Positions 62,541-64,000 of a DNA stretch of 64,000 nt are shown piece after piece. The stretch is from an uncultured Rhodospirillaceae bacterium. Lineage in GTDB: Bacteria > Pseudomonadota > Alphaproteobacteria > Rhodospirillales > Magnetospirillaceae. The stretch spans positions 18,362-82,361 of the forward strand of contig CAIULK010000014.1 of the NCBI GenBank assembly GCA_903899885.1. Reading direction: 5' to 3'. Within the stretch, counting starts at the first letter, position 1; every line of letters begins with the position of its first letter. A program made the position numbers and the translations under genes. Under the pieces are notes generated by a model. The model did not search any database and was not told where the DNA came from. It saw only the letters and a program-made list of their open reading frames with translations.

Positions 62541-63821
62541 TCATCCCATCGACATTAGCCCGCCGAGCGGGCTGGCCGAGGATGATCCGGTGGTTCCAGT
62601 GGATCCCGAGAGATAGGAGGTCAAGGACGGCATTTGCGCCATCAGGCTGCTGACTTCGCTTTCCAAGGTCGCCTTGATCGCCGCCTGGGCGCCGTCGCCG
62701 CTGGTCAAAACATTTTGGATCGCGGCGGTCGCCTTGTCCAACGTCGCGCGGGTGCCGCTGGGATCGGCGGCGTAGGCGGCGGCGAATTTACTGGAATCAA
62801 GGCTCAGCGTGCCGTCGCTGCCCACGGTGATCCCCAGCTTGGACAAGCTGGTGCCGTTCGCGGTCTGATCGATGGCTCCCAGCAATTTGCTGGCGACTCC
62901 GGTATCGCCGCTGAGGTCACCGCCGCTGGTGGTCAGTCCGCTCAAGGCGGTCAGCAGCGTGTTGACCCCGCCCACCAGGGCCGAGGCCGCGTTCACCGCG
63001 GCTCCCTGGCCGACGGGAATGCTAACGGTACCGGTGCCGGTGGCGCCGAGCGCGGTAGTGACGCCGGGTGCCAGGGTGACCAGATTGGTGGCGCTGGTTT
63101 GCGACGCGCCGCCGTTGACCGTGAAGGCCGCGTCCTGGGCGTTCTGGATCGCGTCGAGACCGGTGAACGAGGCCGAGTTGGGATCATGGGACAGAGCCGG
63201 GATCCCGCTGGTGGAAAAAGCGTTGGCGGCGCCGCTGGCTCCGGCCAGTTGCAATTCATACTGCCCCGCCGAAGCCTGGACCACCGTCGCGGTTACCCCC
63301 GCGTCGGCGGCATTGATCGCGCTGGCCGCGCCGTTCAGCGAACCGTCGCCGATCGCGATGCCGACGGGCGCGTTGGAACCGACGCTCAGGGTCAAGGTTC
63401 CGGTGCCCAGCACCGATTGACTGGGGCTGGCGTAGCTGCCGGTGGTGAGAATCTGCGCTTGTGCCAGTCGCGAGACATCGACGGTATAAGTCTGGGTCAC
63501 CGGCGTGCCGGTGTGGCCGTAGCTGGCGGTCACCGCCGGATTGTCGCGGTCGATCGCGCCCAGCGCGGTGGCGGCTTGGCTAACCATCTGGCCCAATTGA
63601 CCGTATCCCAGCAGGCTCGATTGGGTTTGGCTTTTTTGTTGACCCAGCGACAGCGTATAGGCCGGATCGGAGGCGGAGGTTCCGCTCGAGGCCGAGGAGG
63701 CGGTGCTTCCCGTTGCCGTTCCGCCCAACAGCGAGGAGGCCAAGGACGAATTCGCCGTGCCGCTGTTGTTTTGCAGCAGCGAGGCCAACAGCGACGGCGA
63801 TCCAAGCGACGAAATAGTCAT
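62541..63821 (-). CDS. fliD: Flagellar filament cap (hook-associated protein 2) FliD-like protein
   Basis: The motifs '[13 protein letters not shown]', '[31 protein letters not shown]' and '[28 protein letters not shown]' match characteristic FliD blocks. The protein is Ser/Thr/Gly-rich. The ATG at 63821 has an AAGGA RBS. Confidence 0.6.
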   Translation of the reverse strand: MTISSLGSPSLLASLLQNNSGTANSSLASSLLGGTATGSTASSASSGTSASDPAYTLSLGQQKSQTQSSLLGYGQLGQMVSQAATALGAIDRDNPAVTASYGHTGTPVTQTYTVDVSRLAQAQILTTGSYASPSQSVLGTGTLTLSVGSNAPVGIAIGDGSLNGAASAINAADAGVTATVVQASAGQYELQLAGASGAANAFSTSGIPALSHDPNSASFTGLDAIQNAQDAAFTVNGGASQTSATNLVTLAPGVTTALGATGTGTVSIPVGQGAAVNAASALVGGVNTLLTALSGLTTSGGDLSGDTGVASKLLGAIDQTANGTSLSKLGITVGSDGTLSLDSSKFAAAYAADPSGTRATLDKATAAIQNVLTSGDGAQAAIKATLESEVSSLMAQMPSLTSYLSGSTGTTGSSSASPLGGLMSMG

Positions 63822-64000
63822 GGTCCGAATCCTTTGCAACGGGTGCATTGCGCCATGCATTTTCCGTGCCGATTGCTTCTTAAGGATAGATCCGAAAGCA
63901 GGTGCCGACAGTTTAATGCGATGTTGATATAATTACCGATTGGGCGGGGATGTCTTCGTTGAAGCGCGAGAGTTGGGGAGCCGGCATGGCCTTGATTGAG

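Noticed and set aside
63895-63915. A possible sigma54-type promoter upstream of fliD. The minus strand reads CGGCAC-N5-TTCG.
   Set aside because: The -24 GG is present, but the -12 element reads TTCG instead of the essential TTGC. No good sigma28 match (TAAA-N15-GCCGATAA) was seen either. This is too weak to call.
1-64000. A search for CRISPR arrays, tRNA/rRNA genes, IS elements, integrases, toxin-antitoxin pairs and known phage-defence genes.
   Set aside because: I found none. The intergenic regions are short, the only repeat arrays are the iterons and par-site-like repeats, and no transposase, recombinase or nuclease signatures appear among the translated ORFs. A tRNAscan, Infernal or defence-finder run would be needed to exclude small or divergent elements.

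Overview
This is a 64 kb GC-rich window (about two-thirds G+C by eye), densely coding, probably alphaproteobacterial. I found no rRNA, tRNA, CRISPR array, transposase or integrase.

(1) 1-50.4 kb is one very large surface-glycan island.
- It opens with an EPS-type MarR regulator and a fused ABC exporter.
- A nonulosonic-acid cassette follows (neuB-neuC-neuA), flanked by a KpsS/KpsC-like protein and a 2-hydroxyacid dehydrogenase.
- It carries at least 11 GT-B/GT-A glycosyltransferases, a Wzx-like flippase and a Wzy-like membrane protein.
- It has two GT2 polyprenyl-phosphate-sugar synthase-like genes (one fused to GtrA), a free-standing GtrA, and seven polytopic membrane proteins with GT-C (ArnT/PMT-like) hallmarks.
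- It also has four SAM methyltransferases, two B12-binding radical SAM enzymes, two AsnB-type amidotransferases, an SGNH hydrolase, a transglutaminase-like membrane protein, a TolC-family outer-membrane protein and a GmhA-like SIS isomerase.
- Most genes are chained by 4-nt ATGA/GTGA overlaps.

(2) 50.4-53.6 kb is a complete plasmid/chromid maintenance module.
- It has parA, an RHH parG-like gene and repA (alphaproteobacterial 'replication initiator protein A' type).
- The origin is iteron-based: 8 direct copies plus 1 inverted copy of a TTATGCG-core repeat, an AT-rich patch, two DnaA-box-like sites, and a perfect 17-bp inverted iteron pair in front of repA.

(3) 53.6-55.8 kb holds a GT9 heptosyltransferase and a TviB/WbpO-like UDP-sugar dehydrogenase.

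(4) 55.9-62.5 kb is a tightly coupled three-gene operon. It encodes a secreted FecR-domain protein, a CHASE2-sensor class III nucleotide cyclase and a secreted TPR-CHAT (caspase-like) protein.

(5) 62.5-63.8 kb is a FliD-like flagellar cap gene.

The most interesting items are the FecR/CHASE2-cyclase/TPR-CHAT module, the unusual density of GT-C and gtr-like periplasmic glycosylation modules, the radical-SAM/methyltransferase tailoring genes, and the replication origin sitting inside a glycan locus. All functional calls come from motifs read in the supplied translations. No database search was run.
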